DNA of 64,000 nt from Eledone cirrhosa (taxonomy: Eukaryota). Position 1 is the stretch's first letter, and the number at the start of each line of letters is the position of its first letter. A model generated the notes under the pieces. That model had not been told where the DNA came from and did no database searches. It saw only the letters and a program-made list of their open reading frames with translations. Where the stretch lies: positions 434,001 through 498,000 of the forward strand of contig OZ024740.1 of assembly GCA_964016885.1 (NCBI GenBank), read 5' to 3'. The translations under genes and the position numbers were made by a program. Below are positions 51,963-64,000 of this stretch, piece by piece.

Positions 51963-53578
51963 GATATTTTAAAAGGAGTATTATTCCAAACACAACAGCT
52001 CAAAATAGTTGTTTTGTGGAACTGAACAGGGATTATCATATATTTACAATGCTTTCACCCACATCGATGTGTGTGTGTATATATATATAGAGAGAGAGAG
52101 AATTAACCTTTGACCTCCTATATTGCATGAATTGACATTAGCAAGATATTCTTGAAAATTACAAAACTATGACTGCAATACATTAAAACTTAATGTATTT
52201 TCTCTAATACTACAAATTCGCACAACAATCTGTCCCCAAACAGAGATGCTATAAACATTTGAATTAACAAGCCCATTTTTAGATATTTTCTGCTAAATTA
52301 TTACAGGATGTTAGCCGAAGTGTAAAAAATCAATGTTAGTATTTAATTTAGTATTAAACTAAACTAGACCATGCATGCTTATTTCAATCTACTGCTATAC
52401 TTAATACTTGGTTTGGGGTATAATATATGTATATTATTATAATTATTATTCCATCCTTACGGGGTCGATAAGATAAAGTACCAGTAATGCACTAGAGTTG
52501 ATTTGATTGACTTTCTCTTCCCCCAAAATTGTTGGCTTTGTGCCTAAATCAGAAACCGTTATTTTATTGACCCCCAAAAGATAAAAGGCCAAGTTGACTT
52601 CAGCAAGATTTGAACTTAAGATTCAGATGACCATAACAATTGTTGCAAGGAATTTCTTCCTATGTTCTTACAACTCTGCTAATTCACTGCCAATTTTATA
52701 AACATGTGAGGAATAAGATACACTATCCTATCGTGGTTCCAGCAGCATCACAACTTCTTTCTCATTTGCCACATCACACCAACACATATACTTGTAGTCA
52801 TGGCAACTGGGCCTTCCCTGCATTATAGTACACAATCATAGCTTGATTATGAAACAAACCAGGTTACGTAGCCTACCTACCTACACTCACAATTAAAAGT
52901 AGATATCAAGGTAATTATAATGAACTAATCATATGTAATATCTATTACAAGTGTGAGGAGGTAGGGGAGATGTTATATGAAAATCTCTTTAAACATTGGA
53001 TCTTCTCCAAATTCCACCAAAATACTAACATTGACTATCAGCTATTTTCAATGCATTTGAAATAAAAGTAAAATCTTCTGTCTCAAGTGAATCTGGTGTG
53101 TTTTATTTCACTTCTTTATGAATAAACATTGCTAACTCCAATCAAGATGAAGTGAGAATATATTTGAATTCACAGAAAAATGAGAAAACTCTTTGGTTGA
53201 ACAGTTGTTAAAGCAGCCAAATGCTGTCAATGATAGAGAGCAAAAATGTCTCAGAGGACATAGATATATTTCATCAGCCTGTCACCTACCTTGTGGATTG
53301 TTTCTCTGCTGACTACTGGCCACTGGTCTCATGTCACCTCCACTCCAGCATTCCTTATCCCATTGTCTCTCTTGTGTCTACCCAACACACTCTCCACACT
53401 CCATACTACCTACTATATCCAGTCCTTCATACCCAGAATATTGAAGCACTGGAATTCTTTCTCTCCATATCTTTCCAAATTAACAGCATTGCTCTATCTG
53501 GTCTCAGGGGAGTTTTGAAAGCCATCAGTACTGCCCCTATCTCCAGACCTACAAAAACTATATATATATATATATATA

Positions 53579-53792
53579 TAGAAGTGGTTACACAACAGTT
53601 AGTTTACCATACCGAGAACAATTGTTTCACCTTCGCGACGGATATTACCTTCCAGTGTTCCAAGCTGAAGATCCACGAATGTGAAACAATTGTTCTCGGT
53701 ATGGTGAACTAACTGTTGTGTAACCACTTCTACCTAACTCGTCCCTTGGACTGAGTGCTCTACCACTACGGATATTACCTTCCAGTGTTCCA
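53579..53792. mobile_element. Penelope-like pLTR remnant: inverted arms, 25-bp direct repeat and hammerhead motif
   Basis: Arms 53579-53637 and 53674-53732; acggatattaccttccagtgttcca at 53638 and 53768; flanked by (TA)n. Confidence 0.65.
53660..53699 (+). ncRNA. Minimal hammerhead-like motif with a weakened stem II
   Basis: CCAAG-CTGAAGA-TCCACGAATGT-GAAA-CAATTG-TT-CTCGG. Palindromic stem III ACAATTGT; stem I has 4 of 5 pairs. Confidence 0.6.
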
Positions 53793-53793
53793 C

Positions 53794-53837
<44 letters not shown>

Positions 53838-53920
53838 ATAATAATAAATTTGAAGACTAAAATCCAAAGAGGGCTCGATAAGGATAAATATATATCAGAT
53901 ATATAAGAACCGTAGAGCAA

Positions 53921-54879
53921 ATATTTATAAAAATAACAGGTTAAAGTTTAAGCAAAGAATCGCTGCTTTGACCCTTGTATATATTACCTGTATGTTTTGT
54001 GAAGGTACGTATATCTGGTACATGTGCATTTGGTTATGTGTATACGTGAGATTTTGCGTCTGTGTGAGTATGCGGGTTCGTACGTATGTAGGGTGTGTGT
54101 ATATGTGTACTTTGTGTTTTGGTTGACGTACGTCCGGGAACATATGTGTATTTACATGTAGGTATGTGTGTGCGCGTTATATACGTATTTACGTGTGTAT
54201 ATTTATATACATTTATTTAATTATGTGTACACGCACACACACATATATATATTTTTTTAATATATATTTTATGTGTATTTGGTGTGCGGGTACAGGCGTT
54301 GCGTGGGTTCTGTATATGTGTGCGCGTTTTTTTTTTTTTTTTTTTTTTTGTGTACGTGCTTGTATTTGCATATCCCTGGCGTGTGTTTTCACGTCTGCTT
54401 GTGTATGTACGTATTTGGATGCGTGTATGTATATATTTAATTTCAATTACCTCTGTATTTTATTAACTTTATTCTTAACTCTGAAGCTGAGAATCATTCG
54501 GTTTCCTAAATAGAACTTTAGTCTATGACTTCAGTTTTGTCTTTGCGTGTAATTGTTCTTATCTTCGTTTTTTCCATTCATTGCCAGAGAACCACCTAAT
54601 AGAATATTAGTCTATGACTTCATTTATACCATAAACGCGGTTTTGTCTTTGCGTGTAATTGTTTTCATCGCACCAAATAATGACGTATTATCTTCAGTTT
54701 TTTCCGTTCTTTGCAAGGGAACGTTTCCACAAACCAAATTATCATCTTCCTGTCTTCCTTCGGTTGCAACGTTTTTTGAAATATTTACGTCTGCATTTAC
54801 AGATTGACTTTTTTAGTTTCAGAAGATCCCATTAAGGGTGAAAGCAGCGATTCTTTGCTTAAACTTTAATATGTTTTTT

Positions 54880-54888
<9 letters not shown>
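53921..54888. mobile_element. Element of about 970 bp bounded by inverted repeats of about 55 bp (Penelope-like remnant or MITE)
   Basis: 53921-53976 is the reverse complement of 54834-54888. A degenerate core CAGAAGA-T-CCC(ATTAA)GGG-T-GAAA lies at 54820-54843. Confidence 0.55.
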
Positions 54889-54912
<24 letters not shown>

Positions 54913-54996
54913 GTAAAAGGTAAACAGAAATAACACAATCGGTACAGTATATGGAAGGTATATATTAGGTTAACACTTGATATAGCAGGAAGAGGG

Positions 54997-55032
54997 TCTT
55001 AAAGTTTCGGACACTAGTCCTTCATCAGAAGA
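54997..55032 (-). ncRNA. Minimal hammerhead-like motif
   Basis: Reverse complement reads TCTT-CTGATGA-A-GGAC(TAGT)GTCC-GAAAC-TTT-AAGA. Stem I is TCTT/AAGA; stem III is imperfect. Confidence 0.65.
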
Positions 55033-55149
55033 AAGAATGAGAAATAAGATAGATTAAGGGGACGGACAGGATGGAATTGGAAAAAATGTCTCTAGATAAA
55101 AATAATAGGTCCATTCACATTGAAACCTCTTATATATATATATTTATAT

Positions 55150-55270
55150 GAACAAGTAAGACCCCGACGGCTGAGCTCAAGCCGTTTTGACGGCTAATTC
55201 TGGACTGAATTCCAGTCCAGAATTAGCCGTCGAGACGGCTTGAGCTCAGCCGTCGGGGTCTTACTTGTTC
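55150..55270. repeat. GC-rich palindrome, arms about 58 bp, 5-nt loop
   Basis: gaacaagtaagaccccgacggctgagctcaagccg...ctggactg-aattc-cagtccag...cggcttgagctcagccgtcggggtcttacttgttc. Confidence 0.92.
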
Positions 55271-55397
55271 CTATTACCCACTCTACTACCCTAAGTATTG
55301 AGTACTTTGGTGCGTTATGGTCCACCTGGTTCCTTACCACATTTCCTTCGTTATATATATTTATATATATATATTTATATTTATATATATTTATATT

Positions 55398-55436
<39 letters not shown>

Positions 55437-55468
55437 ATATATATATTTATATATATATTTATTTATAT

Positions 55469-55780
55469 ATCATCATCATCATCATCATCATCATCACCGT
55501 TTAACGTCTGTGTTCCACGCTTGCATGGGTTTGGACGGGGGTTTTCCCACTTGAGGCAAGAGTGATTGTCTTGCTCGCATAGGACTGTCTGGCAGGTTTT
55601 CTACAGTTGGATGCCCTTCCTAACACCAACCACATTTACAGTGTGAGACTGGGAGGTTTTACCGTGTTGCCTACACGGCCACATTACAGCGTGGACTGTG
55701 TGTTTTTTTGTCGTGACACCTACACGATCTCATTTGTTTCGGCCTGGATGTTGTGGCACCAACATAACTTTACATTGAAA
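55469..55780 (-). mobile_element. RTE 3'UTR fragment
   Basis: Near-identical to 10470-10668 and 63280-63575. Confidence 0.9.
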
Positions 55781-55863
55781 TATATATATTTATATCATCA
55801 TCATCATCATCATCATCATTTTACGTTCGCTTTTCCCTGCTTGCAAGGGTGGGACGGGAACTC

Positions 55864-58002
<2,139 letters not shown>

Positions 58003-58660
58003 CATTTATCCTGGTATTTAAATAGCCGATCTTCTCAAGGGGTAATTCCATATATGGTCAAAGTGATTGTCAAAAATCAGTAGTAATTCTGTGGTTGCAA
58101 ATTAGTAGGGGAGATGGTGGCTAAACCTGCCAGTAGGAGAAAGAGGGGAGGGGGTGGAGTAGACCCAATCAAGCGTTGGTAGTGCCAGCTACAGCTGGGC
58201 ATGAGGTCAAAGAAGATACAGGGGAGGGGGAGGGGGAGGAAGTCGGAACGGTAGGTAGAACAATGGGGGGTAGAAATAGGAAAGAAAAAATACTGAGAGT
58301 GAAGAAAAGCAAATAAGTGTAAAGAAAAAATTAAATTCTACGACCTAGGTGTCAGGCTATTGTAGGCGAGAATAAAATAAAGAAAGAAAGAAAGAAGTAA
58401 ATAAATAAATAAATAAATAAATAAGGAAATAAGTAAAAGAACTAGGTGGGACGAATTAGGCAAGGACCCTTTTAAGAGGTATAAGTACGTAAATGATACG
58501 GTGACTGGTCAACAAAAGGGGCCAAAATACTAAAGAGACTACCACGAAATAAACAATAAAGGTTTCCATCCCGGGCCAGCAACGACCCAGTGCAGCAAAG
58601 TGAACTTGTACGACATAATAATTCTGAGTCCCGAGAAAAATATATACTAATGCTAACTCT

Positions 58661-58926
58661 AAAAGATCTAAAACAAGCTACATGAGAGTTCGTACGAAAT
58701 AAAGGTAGAATACGGAGAAATAAATTCAGAATCCACCCCGCCCAGAAGAAAAGCGAAGCAAGAAATACTGAAACGAAAAAAATAAGGCATAAGTGCCACT
58801 AAGAAATATAGAGTTTCAGTATTTCTTGCTTCGCTTTTCTTCTGGGCGGGGTGGATTCTGAATTTATTTCTCCGTATTCTACCTTTATTTCGTACGAACT
58901 CTCATGTAGCTTGTTTTAGATCTTTT
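58661..58926. repeat. Inverted repeat with 114-bp arms and a 38-nt spacer
   Basis: 58661-58774 is the reverse complement of 58813-58926; no mismatch seen by eye. Confidence 0.93.
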
Positions 58927-59067
58927 TTCCAGTCCAGAATTAGCCGTCGAGACGGCTTGAGCTCAGCCGTCGGGGTCTTACTGGTTCCTATTACCCACTC
59001 TACTACCTCAAGTATTGAGTACTTTGGTGCGTTATGGTCCACCTGGTTCCTTACCACATTTCCTTCG

Positions 59068-59139
<72 letters not shown>

Positions 59140-60224
59140 ATTTTACTCTTTTACTCTTTTACCTGTTTCAGCCATCCGGCTGAGGCCATGCTGGGGCACC
59201 GCCCTTGTTGCTACACATTTTATCTCCAGCCTGTATAGGTTAGCCACTGGTGTAAGAGGGAGTTTGTTGCTGCTGCCCTTAGGTTTCCCTCGTGTCTTGC
59301 TGTGGGCTCATCCGGGATCCTGGATAACAAGGTGTCGAGATGTTTCTTAAAGACATCCACCTCCACGTCCTGCAAGTCTCTCAACTGCATGTTGTTTTCT
59401 TCCGCCCATTTGTATATGGCATCCAGATCCTGCTGTAAAAGGGCATCGTCAGCCGGGTTTTTGATTGCCTATGCTACCTTAGTGTCATCAGCATAGTTAG
59501 TGAGGGATGTTGTTGCATGCACCACAGAGGGCATGTCCGAGAGAGCCACCAAAAACAGTAGTGGTCCCAGGACTGTCCCCTGGGGCACCCCACTTGTTAT
59601 CGGTGTTTCCCTCGAGAGGGCCCCATTTGCTGCGACTGCCTGGCTTCTGTCCCTTAGGAAGCCATGCAGCCACTCACCTACTTTTCCAGTTATGCCGAGT
59701 CCGTGTAGTTTGTGACATATCATTCCGTGGTCGACCTTGTCAAAGGCCTTCACAAAGTCAAGATATATCACGTCCACATGTGAGCTGTCTAGTAGTTGTC
59801 TCAGTACCCAGTCGTAGTGATGTAGCAGCTGTGTAAGGCAGCTTCTTCCTGGGCGGAAGCCATGTTGCGTGCTAGTCAGGCGGTCATTTTCCTCGAGGAA
59901 AGTGATTAGTTTCTTTCTGACGACTCGCTCCATGACCTTACTGATATGCGATGTCAGGGAGACTGGCCTATAGTTCTTGGCCTCCGCTCTACTACCTCCT
60001 TTATGGATAGGGCATATTGTGCCTCCTTTCAGCTCGCTGGGTAGTACACCGCTAGCCAAGGAGCTTCTGAAGAGCATCTTCAGTGGAGTGGCTAAGGCCC
60101 GCTTACATATTTTTAAGAGAACTGCTGGGAATCCATCAGGTCCAGCAGCCGAGTCTGTTCTAATTTCATCAATGGCGTACACCACATCCTCCTCCGTTAT
60201 GTCTATGTGGTTGATGGTTGCCAT
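59140..60224 (-). mobile_element. CR1-like LINE (second family): RT fragment, internally deleted, with 3' tail
   Basis: AGPDG, NYRPVSLTS, QHGFR, YLDFVKAFD, GVPQGTVLGP and YADD, then the C-terminal IPDEP..TNSLL and a (GTAAAAGA)n tail. Confidence 0.92.
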
Positions 60225-60243
60225 ATATTTATATATATATATT

Positions 60244-60275
<32 letters not shown>

Positions 60276-60305
60276 TATATATATATATATTTATATATAT
60301 ATATT

Positions 60306-60339
<34 letters not shown>

Positions 60340-61772
60340 TATATAGGACAAACTAAACTCACACTCAGAAACAGAATGACAGTTCATCGCCAACAATTAC
60401 GAGATCCAACCACGAGACAGATACCACTAAGTGCACATCTAGACATTTGCACAAGTAATAAGACACCCAAATTCCAAGTCTTCCCATTTTACCTTTGCGC
60501 TAACAATACAACAGAACAAATGCGAATAAATAAGGAACATATGTTTATTCAAAAATATAGACCAACATTAAATAAGGTTTAATATACATTATGTCAACAC
60601 CACAATATGACATACACACACACACATAACACCTTCTACTTTAGAAAATAAAAACCCGAACTAAATAAACCTTAACATACGTTTGCACTGGCAATACAAC
60701 AGCAAACACGAAAAAGTAAGGAAAATATGTTCATTCAAAAATATTCCTACTGAAGGAATCACTTTCCTACACACACACATACACACACACACACAATATA
60801 TATATATATATATTGTCTTCATCTTAACATGCTAACCATACTCCCACACACATAACACCCATACACACATAACAACCCCCACACCTACAACTCTCTCCTC
60901 ATTTCTACTAATAGAACCACTTTCCTACACACACATATATATACACACACACAAAATATATATTCTCTCCATCTTAACATACTCGCACACACACACATAA
61001 CACCCATATACACACACACACAACTCCCTCCCCCATCACTACTAATAGAATCATCTTCCAATACACACATACACACACACAAGCACACAAATAAACATAC
61101 ATATCTTCACTTCAATAGAAAATCTGAACTCTGACACCCCAGCGAACTAACCATATTCACTGAACCAGAACAATTCTCCCAATCCCTTTTCTCTTGACCA
61201 CTATCTCTCCATTGTCATAACATTCACTATAAAGACTACAGAATAGTTTTCCAAATAAGGGCGCAAAAATGTAATGAAAACTTGTTCACGTGACAGCCAA
61301 ATTTCATTTATAACCAACCAAAAAAAAGCCTTCGTGAGCCTCCTTTTTTCAAGTAAAAAGAAATTCAAACGCTCATATATGAAAAAACAACCTGTGACAA
61401 CCCCCCCCCCCCCCCCCCCTCTCTTATTTGAAGAACTATTGTAACGCGAACTGGCGCGAAATTTATTATAATTATTGACAAACCAATCAAATTACTTCTC
61501 GAAAAACCTGGCATTTCGAGCCACTTTTTCCATATAAAACAAGTAACATTCAGAGACCAACCAGATGTGAGAAAAACCACAGACCCTCCATCTCAACTCA
61601 CCTTTTGAAAAGCAGAAGAACTGCGAAACCGGTAAAGGAACCAAATAAATATATATATTTTAAAAAAAAATAAGACTCCAGTTGCATTTTCGATTTCATC
61701 TCTTTTTCTTTATACTTTCACTCGTGTAGAACACCTCGGTTATTTTTCATTTTGTAAAAAAAACCTCACTTT
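60340..61772 (+). mobile_element. Penelope-like element 3' part: GIY-YIG endonuclease C-half plus 3' terminal repeat region
   Basis: YIGQT..TLRNRMTVHR...LSAH...KEHMFIQKYRPTLN* (60340-60582); hammerhead motif about 1 kb downstream. Confidence 0.85.
61601..61638 (+). ncRNA. Minimal type-I hammerhead with a U3/A8 variant core
   Basis: CCTT-TTGAAAA-GCAG(AAGAA)CTGC-GAAA-CCGG-TA-AAGG. Stems I and II are perfect and stem III is the palindrome ACCGGT. Confidence 0.72.
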
Positions 61773-61783
61773 CTAATATAAAT

Positions 61784-61855
<72 letters not shown>

Positions 61856-61910
61856 TATATATATATAATAGATATATAAATATATATATATATATATAAT
61901 ATATATATAT

Positions 61911-61943
<33 letters not shown>

Positions 61944-61971
61944 TAAATATATAAATATATATATATATATA

Positions 61972-62035
<64 letters not shown>

Positions 62036-62102
62036 TATAAATATATATAAATATAAATATATATATATAAATATATATAAATATAAATATATATATATAA
62101 AT

Positions 62103-62133
<31 letters not shown>

Positions 62134-62134
62134 A

Positions 62135-62167
<33 letters not shown>

Positions 62168-62191
62168 AATATATATAAATATATATATATA

Positions 62192-62798
62192 TGGTATGGA
62201 CACGTGATGCGCATGAAAGTCGATAGCTGTATAACAAAGTGCAGGGCAATAAAGATAGACGGTAGTCACGGAATAGGCAGACCTAGAAAAACCTGGGACG
62301 AGCTGATAAACTCCGACATCACACACTTACACCTCTCCAAGACAATGTCACTGGACCGAGACCTTTGGCGGTACTCAGTAACAGAGAAGACCCGCCTTAC
62401 CTAAATATATAGTAAAACCTACTCCAGCCAGTAGGCATCTCTAACAAATACACCCCGTCCCACCACCCCCACCCGATCCACACCACCCCGTTCTATGTAA
62501 AGTTATGTTGGTGCCACGCCATCGAGGCCGAAACAAATGAGATCGTGTAGGTGTCACGACAAAAAAACACACAGTCCACGCTGTAATGTGGCCGTGTAGG
62601 CAACACGGTAAAAACCTCCCAGACCCACACTGTAAATGTGGTTGGTGTTAGGAAGGGCATCCAACTGTAGAAAACCTGCCAGACAGTCCTATGCGAGCAA
62701 GACAATCACTCTTGCCTCAAGTGGGACTACCCCCGTCCAAACCCATGCAAGCGTGGAACACGGACGTTAAACGCTGATGATGATGATGATGATGATGA
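62192..62798 (+). mobile_element. RTE 3' fragment (ORF C-terminus, 3'UTR, tail)
   Basis: [20 protein letters not shown]; (GAT)n tail. Confidence 0.93.
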
Positions 62799-62801
62799 TA
62801 T

Positions 62802-62832
<31 letters not shown>

Positions 62833-62833
62833 A

Positions 62834-62888
<55 letters not shown>

Positions 62889-62889
62889 A

Positions 62890-62948
<59 letters not shown>

Positions 62949-62949
62949 A

Positions 62950-63018
<69 letters not shown>

Positions 63019-63019
63019 A

Positions 63020-63054
<35 letters not shown>

Positions 63055-63160
63055 AATATATATATATATCATCATTTCATTTTCATTTCATTTTACGTCC
63101 ACTTTTCCCTGCTTGCAAGGGTGGGACGGGAACTGATTATATATATATATATATATAAAT

Positions 63161-63249
<89 letters not shown>

Positions 63250-63278
63250 AATATATATATATAAATATAAATATATAT

Positions 63279-63916
63279 ATCATCATCATCATCAACGTTT
63301 AACGTCCGTGTTCCACGCTTGCATGGGTTTGGACGGGGGTAGTCCCACTTGAGGCAAGAGTGATTGTCTTGCTCGCATAGGACTGTCTGGCAGGTTTTCT
63401 ACAGTTGGATGCCCTTCCTAACACCAACCACATTTACAGTGTGGGTCTGGGAGGTTTTTACCGTGTTGCCTACACGGCCACATTACAGCGTGGACTGTGT
63501 GTTTTTTTGTCGTGACACCTACACGATCTCATTTGTTTCGGCCTCGATGGCGCGGCACCAACATAACTTTACATGGATCGGGTGGGGGTGGTGGTGGTGG
63601 GACGGGGTGTATTTTGTTAGAGATGCCTACTGGCTGGAGTAGGTTTTACTATATATTTAGGTAAGGCGGGTCTTCTCTGTTACTGAGTACCGCCAAAGGT
63701 CTCGGTCCAGTGACATTGTCTTGGAGAGGTGTAAGTGTGTGATGTCGGAGTTTATCAGCTCGTCCCAGGTTTTTCTAGGTCTGCCTATTCCGTGACTACC
63801 GTCTATCTTTATTGCCCTGCACTTTGTTATACAGCTATCGACTTTCATGCGCATCACGTGTCCATACCAACGTAGCCTTCTCTCGAGTAAACAACATCTG
63901 ATCCCTCTTATCTCTA
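63279..63916 (-). mobile_element. RTE 3' fragment, near-identical inverted copy of 62192-62798
   Basis: The same 66-aa translation appears in the ORF track (62204+ and 63657-), and the UTR is the same. Confidence 0.93.
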
Positions 63917-64000
63917 ATAAATATATATATATATATATATGTAAAGTTATATTTAAAATTGTTGGGTTACAACTAGTAAATATTTATAACTGATATAAAA

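Noticed and set aside
52290-52345. Next HECW exon after ttattacag
   Set aside because: Phase-1 splicing gives an immediate in-frame TAG, and there is no HECW similarity.

Overview
This is AT-rich, repeat-saturated eukaryotic DNA. The repeat families (RTE LINEs with (ATG)n tails, CR1-type LINEs, tRNA-head SINEs with a Nin/Deu-like core, long (TA)n tracts) resemble an octopus or other coleoid mollusc genome; the taxon is my inference. The only convincing host coding sequence is one + strand exon (44007-44289) that matches the N-terminal domain of HECW/NEDL-type HECT E3 ligases, so much of the window is probably upstream or intronic to that gene. The rest consists of a near full-length frameshifted CR1-like LINE with two CCCH fingers in ORF1, several RTE copies with a PHD-type finger inside the RT, a Penelope GIY-YIG fragment, a non-autonomous Helitron, Tc1/mariner and TTAA MITEs, many SINEs, and several minisatellites. 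The most notable hidden signal is a set of about 8 minimal type-I hammerhead ribozyme-like motifs from sequence-divergent Penelope-like terminal repeats. One has a perfect core (13951-13993), one has a U3:A8 compensatory-type core (61601-61638), and several sit inside fold-back structures. Two minisatellites visibly arose inside transposons. Most long ORFs in the track are microsatellite or minisatellite artefacts. All coordinates were read by eye, and TE boundaries are approximate.
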